Source of the DNA: Bacteroidales bacterium
GTDB lineage: Bacteria > Bacteroidota > Bacteroidia > Bacteroidales > WRLA01
Reading direction: 5' to 3'
Length of the DNA stretch: 64,000 bases
Assembly (NCBI GenBank): GCA_963676415.1
Contig: OY781097.1
Location: 1,660,555-1,724,554 of the forward strand
Below are positions 8,937-18,427 of this stretch, one piece after another (positions within the stretch are counted from its first letter, which is position 1; each line of letters begins with the position of its first letter). The position numbers and the translations under genes were made by a program. Below the pieces are notes generated by a model. That model did no database searches, was not told the origin of the DNA, and saw only the letters and a list, made by a program, of their open reading frames with translations.

Positions 8937-10190
8937 TTATTCCTCAAATTTTTTGAACGCAAGAGAAGCATTATGTCCGCCAAACCCAAAGGTATTGCTT
9001 AAAGCAGCTTTGATTTCTTTTTTCACAGCTTTGTGATAAGTGAAATCAAGTTTATTGTCAATTTCCGGATCGTCTGTAAAATGGTTGATTGTTGGAGGAA
9101 CAATGCCATGTTTCACAGCGAGAGCGGTAGCAATTGCTTCGATTGCACCGGCTGCACCAAGGAGGTGTCCGGTCATGGATTTGGTAGAATTTATCTGAAT
9201 ATCATATGCGTGATCACCAAAAAGGCTTACAATAGCTTTTGGTTCCGCAATATCACCAAGAGGTGTGGATGTTCCATGTGTATTGATGTGGTCAATATCA
9301 TCAGGATTGATACCGCCATCTTCCATTGCCCATTTCATGGCATTCATTGCGCCCAGGCCTTCGGGGTGCGGAGCTGTCATATGATATGCATCACCTGAGA
9401 GTCCGGCACCAGCCAGTTCACAATAAATACGGGCTCCACGTTTTTTAGCGTGTTCAAGTTCTTCAAGAACAATTGCGCCACCGCCTTCACCAAGAATAAA
9501 ACCATCACGGTCTTTATCGAAAGGCCGGGAAGCGGTTTTCGGATCGTCGTTGCGTGTAGAAATAGCGTGCATGGAGTTAAAACCACCAACGCCAGCTTCG
9601 TTTATAGCAGCTTCAGAACCACCGGTAATAAAAATATCGGCTTTACCTAAGCGAATATAGTTAAATGCATCAGCAATAGAGTTTGCACTTGATGCACAAG
9701 CAGATACAGTAGCGAAATTGGGACCCCTGAAACCATATTTAATGGAAATATGACCGGCTGTAATATCAGCGATCATTTTGGGGATGAAGAAAGGATTAAA
9801 TCGAGGTGTCCCATCACCTTTGCCAAAATCAACAACCTCTTTTAAAAAGGTGTCGAGCCCTCCGATACCACTGGCCCAGATAACGCCACAACGATCCAGG
9901 TCAAGCTCTTCTGATTTTAATGCAGCATCAGCATATGCTTCTGCCGAAGAAATCAGTCCGTATTGCGCATAGCGGTCATACTTCCTGGCTTCTTTTCGGT
10001 CAAAATGTTCCTTAACATCAAAACCTTTGAGCTCACAGGCAAATTGCGTCTTGAATTTCGAAGCATCAAAACGGGTGATGGGTGCAGCTCCACTGACCCC
10101 AGCCTGCAAGGCTTCCCAGTATTCCGGAACGCTTTTGCCAATTGGGGTCAGTGAGCCAAGCCCTGTTACAACTACTCTCTTTAACTTCAT
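8937..10190 (-). CDS. fabF: Beta-ketoacyl-ACP synthase II
   Basis: 417 aa. Motifs: MKLKRVVVTGLG, active-site ACASS, HGTSTPLGD and GFGGHN. Confidence 0.95.
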   Translation of the reverse strand: MKLKRVVVTGLGSLTPIGKSVPEYWEALQAGVSGAAPITRFDASKFKTQFACELKGFDVKEHFDRKEARKYDRYAQYGLISSAEAYADAALKSEELDLDRCGVIWASGIGGLDTFLKEVVDFGKGDGTPRFNPFFIPKMIADITAGHISIKYGFRGPNFATVSACASSANSIADAFNYIRLGKADIFITGGSEAAINEAGVGGFNSMHAISTRNDDPKTASRPFDKDRDGFILGEGGGAIVLEELEHAKKRGARIYCELAGAGLSGDAYHMTAPHPEGLGAMNAMKWAMEDGGINPDDIDHINTHGTSTPLGDIAEPKAIVSLFGDHAYDIQINSTKSMTGHLLGAAGAIEAIATALAVKHGIVPPTINHFTDDPEIDNKLDFTYHKAVKKEIKAALSNTFGFGGHNASLAFKKFEE

Positions 10191-10205
10191 TAAAAATGAA
10201 ATTAA

Positions 10206-10442
10206 TTATTTAGCATTGTTTTCGATGTAGGCGATAGCTTCCTTCACGTTTGAGATCTTTTCAGCCTGGTCATCTGGAATAGCAATACCGAATTCTTTCT
10301 CGAATTCCATAATCAGTTCTACTGTATCCAGTGAATCAGCACCTAAGTCGTTTGTGAAGCTTGCTTCTGGAGTTACGTCGTTCTCGTCAACACCAAGCTT
10401 ATCTACGATGATGTTCTTAACTCTTTCTGCAATATCAGACAT
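10206..10442 (-). CDS. acpP: Acyl carrier protein
   Basis: 78 aa with the [16 protein letters not shown] phosphopantetheine-attachment motif. Confidence 0.95.
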   Translation of the reverse strand: MSDIAERVKNIIVDKLGVDENDVTPEASFTNDLGADSLDTVELIMEFEKEFGIAIPDDQAEKISNVKEAIAYIENNAK

Positions 10443-10776
10443 ACTTTTTAAATTTTGGTTAAACAGGCTGCAAAGAAACTAATTTATTATTCAATATCCA
10501 AAAAAAAACTGTCAATTTGCCTTTATTATTCTTATAAAGCATTATAAATCAATTATTTGAAAAATGACCAAAATGAAACGACAAATTTTGTTTAGTAAAC
10601 TAAATTGTCATTTACTATGTGGCTAAATAACAATAATTCAGTTATTTATAAAAGTGAACTTGTTTTTGAATATTAGTATTATATAAGTTGCTGTTATACA
10701 GCTATTTAAAAAAACAAAAATTATTCTGCGGTATAAAACCAAGGGCTTTTGCCTGTAATTTTAAGATTTATTCCAA

Positions 10777-11865
10777 TTACAGATGTGCTTTAATGTATTT
10801 CTTAAGAACCACCGGAAAAGCATATTCAACTAATTGCATAGGTGTTTGCGGTTCATAAGTTGATAACCATTTAGGAGTATCGACACACATTATAATAATA
10901 TGTATAAAACGAAGGTGGAGCATTTGGTGGCTTAAACGGTGTTTTTGTATTGGAGAAACTTTGATTATCCTGAATTCATCCGCATGAAGCCCGGACTCGC
11001 CTCTGATTACCGGGACAATATCGTCGTCAACAAGTGATGTTTTCGTTTCGATCAGTGGAAATTCAAAAAGATGTGCCCAAATATCACCGTCTTCCCTTTG
11101 CCTGATGAATACCTTGAGCTGTTGATTATTCGTTTGGTGAAAGGCTACAATATAATTCAGGAACCTATTTTGTACGTTATTTCCGCGTTTCTTATTTGGA
11201 AGTAGTGTTTCAGTTCCCATTTTATGGCCCAGGCAAAGATCCTGAACGGGGCATATAGCACAGTTGGGTTTTTTAGGTGTGCAGACCATTGCACCGAGTT
11301 CCATTGTTGCCTGATTGAACATTGCAGCATCACGGCCATTGATCAGGTGTACACCAAAAGTATAAGCAGTTTTCATGAATACCGGGCTATCCTGTGGTTC
11401 TTCGAGAACCAATATGCGCGAAAATAATCTTTTAACATTGCCATCGATAGCAGGATACTCCATGCCAAAGGCAAAAGAAGCTATGGCGGCGGCAGTATAA
11501 GGGCCAATGCCCGGCAACTTGAGCAGTTCATCATATTGATCGGGGAATTGCCCTTTATATTCGGATAAAATAATGCGGGCAGCTTTCAAGAGGTTTCGTG
11601 CCCGTGAATAATAGCCCAGGCCTTCCCACAGCAGCAGCACTTCTTTTTCATCTGCAGCAGCCAGGCTTTTCACATCCGGAAACCGCCGGGTGAACATATT
11701 ATAATATTTCAGCCCCTGTTGAACACGGGTTTGCTGTAAAATTATTTCTGACAACCAAATTTTGTATGCATCGCCTGTTTCCCGCCAAGGCAGGTCTCGT
11801 TTATGCTTAATGTACCAGTCAATCAGATTGTTATAAAATAATTCCACAGGAATTTCTTTCTCCAT
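10777..11865 (-). CDS. mutY: A/G-specific adenine DNA glycosylase
   Basis: 362 aa. Motifs: LPWR...PYKIWLSEIILQQT, an HhH-GPD segment (LPGIGPYTAAAI), the Fe-S cluster loop CTPKKPNCAICP...C, and a NUDIX-like C-terminus. Confidence 0.9.
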   Translation of the reverse strand: MEKEIPVELFYNNLIDWYIKHKRDLPWRETGDAYKIWLSEIILQQTRVQQGLKYYNMFTRRFPDVKSLAAADEKEVLLLWEGLGYYSRARNLLKAARIILSEYKGQFPDQYDELLKLPGIGPYTAAAIASFAFGMEYPAIDGNVKRLFSRILVLEEPQDSPVFMKTAYTFGVHLINGRDAAMFNQATMELGAMVCTPKKPNCAICPVQDLCLGHKMGTETLLPNKKRGNNVQNRFLNYIVAFHQTNNQQLKVFIRQREDGDIWAHLFEFPLIETKTSLVDDDIVPVIRGESGLHADEFRIIKVSPIQKHRLSHQMLHLRFIHIIIMCVDTPKWLSTYEPQTPMQLVEYAFPVVLKKYIKAHL

Positions 11866-12021
11866 TGAAACTTGGGTTTTTCTTAAGTTATGAACAATTA
11901 TTAATAGGCTTATGTTGAAATGGGGAGTGCAATAGGTATTTAGAATTCTACAATAATATTATTTAGAGCACATTAGGACAAAAAATTATTTGAAATAATT
12001 TATTGCGGAACGAATTTTTTT

Positions 12022-12029
12022 TATCTTTG
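12022..12029 (+). promoter_or_regulatory. Bacteroidota-type -7 box (TAtcTTTG) upstream of the HU gene
   Basis: TATCTTTG lies 50 nt upstream of the ATG at 12079 and matches the TAnnTTTG consensus. Confidence 0.5.
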
Positions 12030-12078
12030 CAGCCTTGTTGGAAAATTATAAATCAGTTAATTAAAAACATATACGATC

Positions 12079-12372
12079 ATGACTAAAGCGGAAATTGTAG
12101 CGGATATCGCTAACAAAACTAACGTTGAAAAGGTAGCTGTACAGCACATCGTTGAAGCTTTTATGGACTCTATCAAAGGGTCACTCGCAAAAGGAGAAAA
12201 TGTATATCTGAGAGGTTTTGGTAGCTTCGTTATTAAGAAAAGGGCTGAAAAAACTGGCCGTAACATTAGTAAGAACACAACCATCATCATTCCTGCTCAT
12301 AACATTCCTGCTTTCAAGCCTGCTAAGACCTTTGTAAGCGAAGTGAAGGATAATGTTGAAGTAGCTGACTAA
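12079..12372 (+). CDS. HU-family DNA-binding protein
   Basis: 97 aa. MTKAEIVADIA..., RGFGSF and the RNISKNTTIIIPAHNIPAFKP beta-arm are present. Confidence 0.9.
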   Translation: MTKAEIVADIANKTNVEKVAVQHIVEAFMDSIKGSLAKGENVYLRGFGSFVIKKRAEKTGRNISKNTTIIIPAHNIPAFKPAKTFVSEVKDNVEVAD

Positions 12373-12405
12373 TTCATTTAATTGTTGTTTTAAAATTTTA
12401 TTGAA

Positions 12406-12495
12406 ATGCCGAGCGGTAAGAAGAGAAAAAGGCACAAGATGTCAACGCATAAGCGTAAGAAACGTTTACGGAAAAATAGGCATAAGAAGAAGTAA
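12406..12495 (+). CDS. 29-aa highly basic peptide with an mS38/AURKAIP1-like motif
   Basis: Below the ORF-track size cut-off. It reads MPSGKKRKRHKMSTHKRKKRLRKNRHKKK-stop, and 21 of 29 residues are K, R or H. A 12-bp-stem terminator follows directly. Confidence 0.6.
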   Translation: MPSGKKRKRHKMSTHKRKKRLRKNRHKKK

Positions 12496-12522
12496 AATCC
12501 TTCTCGCTTAAATTACATACAG

Positions 12523-12560
12523 AACAATGTTTCCATTTATGGAAGCATTGTTTTGTGTTT
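12523..12560 (+). terminator. Intrinsic terminator after the HU / micro-ORF unit
   Basis: Stem aacaatgtttcc/ggaagcattgtt (12 bp with one G-U pair), then ttgtgttt. Confidence 0.7.
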
Positions 12561-12752
12561 AAGCAAATTCAGGCTAATTTACTGTTAGCAAGCATCATAA
12601 CTTATTAGAACAAGGATGCTTTTAGTGATGTAGGAAGCGTGATTTTTGAACGTGATGTCTGGACTTTGCCGATGTTCCCGACCTGTTTGCATAAAATGTT
12701 TTGTTATTAACCCTGCAACGCTTAGCAAATAGGAACCTAAAGAATTAAAAAT

Positions 12753-14303
12753 GTGAATAAAGACCTGATAATTGATTCCGAAGCCTCAGAGGTGAAAATA
12801 GCCTTGCTGGAGGAGCGGAATCTTGTTGAACTGCACGAAGAAAAAGGAAACAATGAGTTTGCAGTAGGCGATATCTACATTGGGAAGGTTAAAAAAATCA
12901 TGACCGGACTCAATGCAGCTTTTGTTAATGTAGGATATGAAAAAGATGCTTTTCTGCATTATCTTGATCTGGGGCCGCAGGTTCAAAGCCTTATAAAATA
13001 TGTCCGTCTGGGAATGGGCAAAAGGTTGAACAATATTACTGTGAGCAACCTAAAACAAGAACCAGATATTGAAAAGACTGGTAAAATCAGCAGTGTTCTA
13101 ACTGTTGGTCAACCTGTTATGGTGCAAATTGCTAAAGAGCCCATCTCTACAAAAGGTCCCAGGGTAAGCTCCGAAATCAGTTTTGCCGGAAGGTACTTAG
13201 TGCTGGTTCCCTTTTCGAACAGGGTGTCCGTAAGCCAAAAAATTAAAAACCCGGAAGAACGAAAAAGGCTTAAACGCCTGATCAACAGCATTCGTCCGAA
13301 AAATTTTGGCGTTATTATACGAACGGTTGCCGAAAATAAAATGGTAGCCCAACTTGATGCTGACCTGCGTAACCTGTTAAAAAAATGGGATTCAGCAACA
13401 CAAAAGTTAGCAGATGTACAGCCACCACAAAAGGTTTGTAGCGAACTTGACCGTACGTCCGCTATTTTGCGCGATCTGCTCAACGAATCTTTTAACGCCA
13501 TTCATGTCAATGACAGTACAATGGCAGAAGAAATAAAAGCCTATGTCCAAACTATTTCTCCCGATAAGGTTGATATCGTAAAAATGTATAAAGGCAAATC
13601 GCCTATTTTTGAGCAGTTTGGCGTTAATAAGCAAATCCAAAGCTCTTTTGGACGCACTGTTACCATCAAAAGTGGTATTTACCTTATAATTGAGCATACT
13701 GAAGCACTACATGTAATCGATATCAACAGTGGTCATCGGGTTAAAAAAGGAAGTGATCAGGAAACCAATGCCCTTGAAGTAAACTTAGAGGCTGCTACGG
13801 AAGTGGCACGTCAGTTGCGGTTGAGGGACATGGGCGGGATCATCGTGGTCGATTTTATTGATATGGGAGATGCGAAAAACCGTCGGAAACTCTTCGAACA
13901 CCTTAAAGAGGAAATGTCGCACGATAATGCCAAGCATACCATTTTACCTCCATCTAAATTTGGCCTCGTGCAAATAACCCGACAAAGGGTGCGCCCCGAA
14001 ACTAAAGTGAAAGTGCTTGAAAAATGCCCGGTTTGCAAAGGAACAGGCGAAATCAAACCCAGTATTGTAGTTGTTGATGAGATTATCAGTAACCTGAGAT
14101 ATTTGGTGCATGAGCAAAATGAAAAAAGCTTGCGTATTAATATGCACCCTTTCCTTGCAGCATATGTTACCAAAGGATTTCCATCATTAAGGATTAAATG
14201 GTACTTCCAGTACAGGAGAGCCATCAAGGTGAAAGCTGAAAAATCTTATCATATGCTTGAATATCACTTTTTTAATAAAAATAATGAGGAAATCAAAATT
14301 TAA
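12753..14303 (+). CDS. rng: Ribonuclease E/G family (Rng/CafA-like)
   Basis: 516 aa with a GTG start. An S1 domain (GDIYIGKVKKIMTGLNAAFVNVG), HVIDINSG and GGIIVVDFIDM motifs, and a CPVCKGTG zinc link are present. Confidence 0.9.
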   Translation: MNKDLIIDSEASEVKIALLEERNLVELHEEKGNNEFAVGDIYIGKVKKIMTGLNAAFVNVGYEKDAFLHYLDLGPQVQSLIKYVRLGMGKRLNNITVSNLKQEPDIEKTGKISSVLTVGQPVMVQIAKEPISTKGPRVSSEISFAGRYLVLVPFSNRVSVSQKIKNPEERKRLKRLINSIRPKNFGVIIRTVAENKMVAQLDADLRNLLKKWDSATQKLADVQPPQKVCSELDRTSAILRDLLNESFNAIHVNDSTMAEEIKAYVQTISPDKVDIVKMYKGKSPIFEQFGVNKQIQSSFGRTVTIKSGIYLIIEHTEALHVIDINSGHRVKKGSDQETNALEVNLEAATEVARQLRLRDMGGIIVVDFIDMGDAKNRRKLFEHLKEEMSHDNAKHTILPPSKFGLVQITRQRVRPETKVKVLEKCPVCKGTGEIKPSIVVVDEIISNLRYLVHEQNEKSLRINMHPFLAAYVTKGFPSLRIKWYFQYRRAIKVKAEKSYHMLEYHFFNKNNEEIKI

Positions 14304-14317
14304 TCCTATATAGAATC

Positions 14318-15313
14318 ATGGAACGAGTAGTGAGCGGCATACGACCGACAGGACAATTGCATCTCGGTAATTATTTTGGTGCAATTCAGAATTTTATCAA
14401 AATGCAGCAAGAGAATGACTGTTTCTTTTTTATTGCTGATTATCATTCACTTACAACACATCCAACACCAGCCAACTTGCATGGAAATGTCCGTCAGGTA
14501 TTGGCTGAATACCTTGCTGTTGGCCTTGATCCCGAAAAATCTACGATATATATACAAAGTGATGTTCCTGAAGTCACAGAGCTGTACCTTTTACTGAACA
14601 TGAACGCGTATCTTGGAGAATTAGAACGAGTTACGTCCTTTAAGGAAAAGGTGAGGAAGCAACCCGATAACGTTAATGCCGGGCTGCTTACCTACCCAAC
14701 GCTTATGGCTGCCGACGTGATTATCCATAAATCGGCTAAAGTACCTGTTGGAAAAGACCAGGAACAAAACCTGGAAATGATGAGGACTTTTGCCCGTCGC
14801 TTCAACCGTATGTATAAAGTGGATTATTTCCCAATTCCTGCCCCCTTTAATTTTGGGGAAGCTTTGGTGAAAGTTCCGGGTCTCGATGGGTCGGGCAAAA
14901 TGGGAAAATCAGAAGGCGAAGGAAACGCGATTTTCCTGAGTGAAGACCCAAAGAAACTCCGTAAGAAAATCATGCGTGCCGTAACCGATTCCGGCCCTAC
15001 AGAAATGAACCAGCAAAAACCGGAAGCAATCCAAAACCTGTTTACACTCATGTCTTTGGTTACTGATGGCGAAATCGTGAAAGATTTCGACGAAAAATAC
15101 AATAACTGTACAATACGCTATGGTGACCTGAAAAAACAGCTTGCCGAAGACATGATTCGTTTTACAGAACCATTCCGCGAGCGGATCGAAGAATTTAAAA
15201 ACGATGAAGCCTTTCTTAGGAGAGTGGTTCGCGAAGGAGCAGATAAAGCCCGTGAAAGCGCTGCCAAAACAGTGAAGGAAGTACGCGAAATTATTGGAAT
15301 ACGGTCTTTTTAA
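14318..15313 (+). CDS. trpS: Tryptophan--tRNA ligase
   Basis: 331 aa. Class I HIGH variant (TGQLHLGNY) and KMSKS variant (KMGKS). Confidence 0.95.
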   Translation: MERVVSGIRPTGQLHLGNYFGAIQNFIKMQQENDCFFFIADYHSLTTHPTPANLHGNVRQVLAEYLAVGLDPEKSTIYIQSDVPEVTELYLLLNMNAYLGELERVTSFKEKVRKQPDNVNAGLLTYPTLMAADVIIHKSAKVPVGKDQEQNLEMMRTFARRFNRMYKVDYFPIPAPFNFGEALVKVPGLDGSGKMGKSEGEGNAIFLSEDPKKLRKKIMRAVTDSGPTEMNQQKPEAIQNLFTLMSLVTDGEIVKDFDEKYNNCTIRYGDLKKQLAEDMIRFTEPFRERIEEFKNDEAFLRRVVREGADKARESAAKTVKEVREIIGIRSF

Positions 15314-15334
15314 ACGAAATTTTCCACTATAACC

Positions 15335-15370
15335 AACCCGATAGTGTCCAGGTACTGTCGGGTTTTTTTG
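15335..15370 (+). terminator. Intrinsic terminator after trpS
   Basis: Stem aacccgatagt/actgtcgggtt followed by T7. Confidence 0.75.
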
Positions 15371-15408
15371 TATCTTGCAAAAGCAAATCGGTAAAAATAA
15401 ATTTATTT

Positions 15409-15981
15409 ATGAGAATTATCCGTGCTTCCCTTTGGTCAATATCTTCGTTGGGCATTTTAATCATGCTGGCAGGATGGTATGGCGGCTTTTTTGAAGCTAC
15501 GGATGTAAGACAGCAGGAAATCAACCCATTTTACATCAGCTATCGCTTCTTCGAAGGCAGCCCGGCATCTTTGAGAAACGCAACAGATGAGCTGATCGCC
15601 GATTTGAACAGGGAAGGTGTTTCTGTTTATAAAACTGTCTTTATTATCAAAGACAAAACAGGCAGCGAGGATATCAATGCACTGATCGGCTGTGTCATAG
15701 GGAAAGATGAGCATGACAAACTCAATGTTGTCCGTGAAAAATTCCTGACGGTACGTATCAATCCGGGTTTTTGTATTATTGGAAGCATGATTTACGAGAA
15801 CTGGCTCAATTTATATGCTGCCGAATGGCGCCTTCGCCCGGTTTTGGAAGGAATGGGCCAAAAACTCAAGATGGAACCCTTCAGCATACTTGAAGTGCGT
15901 AACCGGCATGGTGGTGAAATCAATCACATATTAATAGAAGACAGGCATCTTCCTCCGGAAATTTCTTTTTCTGCAAAATAA
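15409..15981 (+). CDS. Hypothetical membrane-anchored protein
   Basis: 190 aa with an N-terminal TM helix (ISSLGILIMLAGWYGGFF). I recognise no motif. Confidence 0.45.
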   Translation: MRIIRASLWSISSLGILIMLAGWYGGFFEATDVRQQEINPFYISYRFFEGSPASLRNATDELIADLNREGVSVYKTVFIIKDKTGSEDINALIGCVIGKDEHDKLNVVREKFLTVRINPGFCIIGSMIYENWLNLYAAEWRLRPVLEGMGQKLKMEPFSILEVRNRHGGEINHILIEDRHLPPEISFSAK

Positions 15982-16175
15982 AAAGAAGGAGTACGGCCAC
16001 TGAGAACACAGGCTCTATTTCTTTTCCATATTTGTTCGATTTTGAACACGGATCGTTACATAATGTACACCTCCTGGATAAATCATGGTTAAAAATTATT
16101 GATTATGTGCCCCTTATAAACTTCGGCATATTTATTGATATATTTGCCGTTTTAAACCCTAAATTAATTCCTAGA

Positions 16176-18323
16176 ATGAAAAAAGTATTACTGTTTAGCC
16201 TTGGGCTATTCTTTTTCCTCAATCAGGCCCTGATAGCAGGCGAAGGCATGTGGCTGCCTTTCCTTCTCAAAAAAAACATTGCCGAGATGCAAAAAATGGG
16301 TCTGAAACTTACTGCTGAGGACCTTTATAGTGTGAACCATTCCAGCCTCAAGGATGCCATTGTTATGCTGGATGGTGGAAATTGTACCGGCGAGATTATC
16401 TCTTCTCAAGGACTCCTGCTTACCAACCACCACTGCGGGTATGGCGATATCCAAAAGCACAGCTCTGTTGATCATGATTACCTGACGGATGGATTTTGGG
16501 CCATGAGTTTTGATGAAGAATTGCCGAACCCAGGCAAAACAGCTTCTTTCCTGGTGCGCATCGAAGATGTTACTGATCAGGTATTAAAAGATGTAACCGA
16601 TGAAATGAGCGCTGACAAAAGGGGTGAGATAATCAGAAAAGCAGAGGCTGAAATTGTTGAAAAAGCAATTGACGGAACACATTACAATGCGGATGTAAAA
16701 AGCATGTACGATGGTAATGAGTATTATCTTTTCGTATATGAAACATTCCGTGATGTTCGCCTGGTAGGCGCTCCTCCGTCATCCATTGGAAAATATGGTG
16801 GCGATACCGACAACTGGATGTGGCCCCGCCATACTGGAGATTTCAGTATTTTCAGGGTTTATGCCGATAAAGACGGTAATCCTGCCGATTATTCAGAAGA
16901 CAATGTCCCTTATCAGCCCAAGCATCACCTTCCGGTTTCCCTCGATGGTGTGCAGGAAAATGATTTCGCAATGATCTGGGGCTATCCCGGCTCTACCGAC
17001 CGCTACCGTTCTTCTTACGGTATTGATGAAACTGTGGAACAGCTTGACCCCACTCAGCATCATCTCAAGGACATCAAAATGAAAATTATGAAAGAAGATA
17101 TGGATGCCGATGACGCAATCCGTATTGCCTATGCCAGCGAATACGCCTATTTGGGCAACTTCTGGAAGAAAGCCGATGAAGAAGCAAAAGCCCTGAAACG
17201 ACTTGATGTAGCAGGGCAGAAACGTGCCATTGAAGACGAATTTCAGAAATGGGCCAATGCAGATCCGGAACGAAAGAAAATCTACGGAAACGTAATCAGC
17301 GACATACATGATGCCTATAAATATAAAAGTGGAGAAAAAACTGATGTGCTTTTCTGGTATTTTGTAGAAACACTGACAGGTTCTAAAATGCTTTTCAACG
17401 CTTTCCGTATGCAGGGAATGCAATCCGAAATTGAAAATGAATGGAATGAAGAAGCCATTGAACGTTACCGTGCACGAGCCGCAGAGCTGTACAAAGACTA
17501 CAATATGCCCACGGACAGGAAAATTTTTGTTGCCATGTTGGAAGAATGGTATAACAATATGCCTCCGAAAATGCGCCCTTCCGTAATTGCCGACGTAGTA
17601 TTTCCAAAATTCAAAGGCGATTTTAATAAGTACGCCGATTACGTTTATAAAAAATCAATTTTTGCTTCTCAGGAAAGTGTTGATGCCTTCCTGGAAAAAG
17701 CAAAAGCCAAGAAACTTAAAAAAGATCCCGGTCTGGAAGCTGTAAATTCTGTTTTTGGAATCTATCGTCAGATAGCAGCCAAAAGCGCACCTGTTGAAGA
17801 AAAACTGGCCAAAGCGCGCCGTTTGTTCATCCGTGGTTTGCGTGAAATGAACAGTGATAAGCTCTATTATCCCGATGCCAACTCCACAATGCGTGTTACT
17901 TATGGTATTGTTAACGACTATATTCCACGCGATGCCGTTCAATATGATGTGATGACTTACCTCGAAGGCGTGATGGAAAAAGAAGATCCGGACAACGAAG
18001 AATTTATTGTTCCTGAAAAATTAAAGGAATTATACAATAAGAAGGATTATGGACGTTATGGTATTGGCGATAAGATGCCGGTTTGCTTTCTCACAGATCA
18101 CGATATTACCGGTGGTAATTCCGGTAGCCCTGTAATCAATGCCAATGGTGAATTAATCGGTACGGCCTTCGATGGAAATTCAGAAGCCATGAGTGGCGAT
18201 ATTGAATTTGATGAAGACCTGCAGCGCACAATTGTTTGCGATATTCGCTATGTGCTGTTTGTTGTTGATAAATATGCGGGGGCACAGCGCCTTATTGATG
18301 AAATGGATATAGTTCAAAACTAA
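16176..18323 (+). CDS. S46 family dipeptidyl-peptidase (DPP7/DPP11-like)
   Basis: The start is moved to ATG 16176 (MKKVLLFSLGLFFF signal), 30 nt after a TATATTTG -7 box. Motifs: LLLTNHHCG (catalytic His), GDTDNWMWPRH and TGGNSGSPV (catalytic Ser). Confidence 0.9.
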   Translation: MKKVLLFSLGLFFFLNQALIAGEGMWLPFLLKKNIAEMQKMGLKLTAEDLYSVNHSSLKDAIVMLDGGNCTGEIISSQGLLLTNHHCGYGDIQKHSSVDHDYLTDGFWAMSFDEELPNPGKTASFLVRIEDVTDQVLKDVTDEMSADKRGEIIRKAEAEIVEKAIDGTHYNADVKSMYDGNEYYLFVYETFRDVRLVGAPPSSIGKYGGDTDNWMWPRHTGDFSIFRVYADKDGNPADYSEDNVPYQPKHHLPVSLDGVQENDFAMIWGYPGSTDRYRSSYGIDETVEQLDPTQHHLKDIKMKIMKEDMDADDAIRIAYASEYAYLGNFWKKADEEAKALKRLDVAGQKRAIEDEFQKWANADPERKKIYGNVISDIHDAYKYKSGEKTDVLFWYFVETLTGSKMLFNAFRMQGMQSEIENEWNEEAIERYRARAAELYKDYNMPTDRKIFVAMLEEWYNNMPPKMRPSVIADVVFPKFKGDFNKYADYVYKKSIFASQESVDAFLEKAKAKKLKKDPGLEAVNSVFGIYRQIAAKSAPVEEKLAKARRLFIRGLREMNSDKLYYPDANSTMRVTYGIVNDYIPRDAVQYDVMTYLEGVMEKEDPDNEEFIVPEKLKELYNKKDYGRYGIGDKMPVCFLTDHDITGGNSGSPVINANGELIGTAFDGNSEAMSGDIEFDEDLQRTIVCDIRYVLFVVDKYAGAQRLIDEMDIVQN

Positions 18324-18374
18324 AGATATGGTTTTTTCTCTAACCGGTTTTCTGGTTAGTAATGGTTGATGGTT

Positions 18375-18404
18375 AGACCCGGCTGGTTACCGGGTCTTTT
18401 TTTT
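18375..18404. terminator. Bidirectional intrinsic terminator
   Basis: Stem agacccgg/ccgggtct followed by T8. It lies between two convergent genes. Confidence 0.8.
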
Positions 18405-18427
18405 GCCTTTTTTGAATGATGCCAAAA

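Noticed and set aside
16032-16175. Track-predicted N-terminal extensions (16032 for the S46 peptidase, 27222 for the PP2C, 47499 for DUF3109, 57835 for the response regulator, 39380 for the glucosaminidase)
   Set aside because: In each case an internal ATG gives a canonical signal peptide or family N-terminus. It also sits just after a -7 box or overlaps the upstream stop. The extensions have non-protein-like composition.
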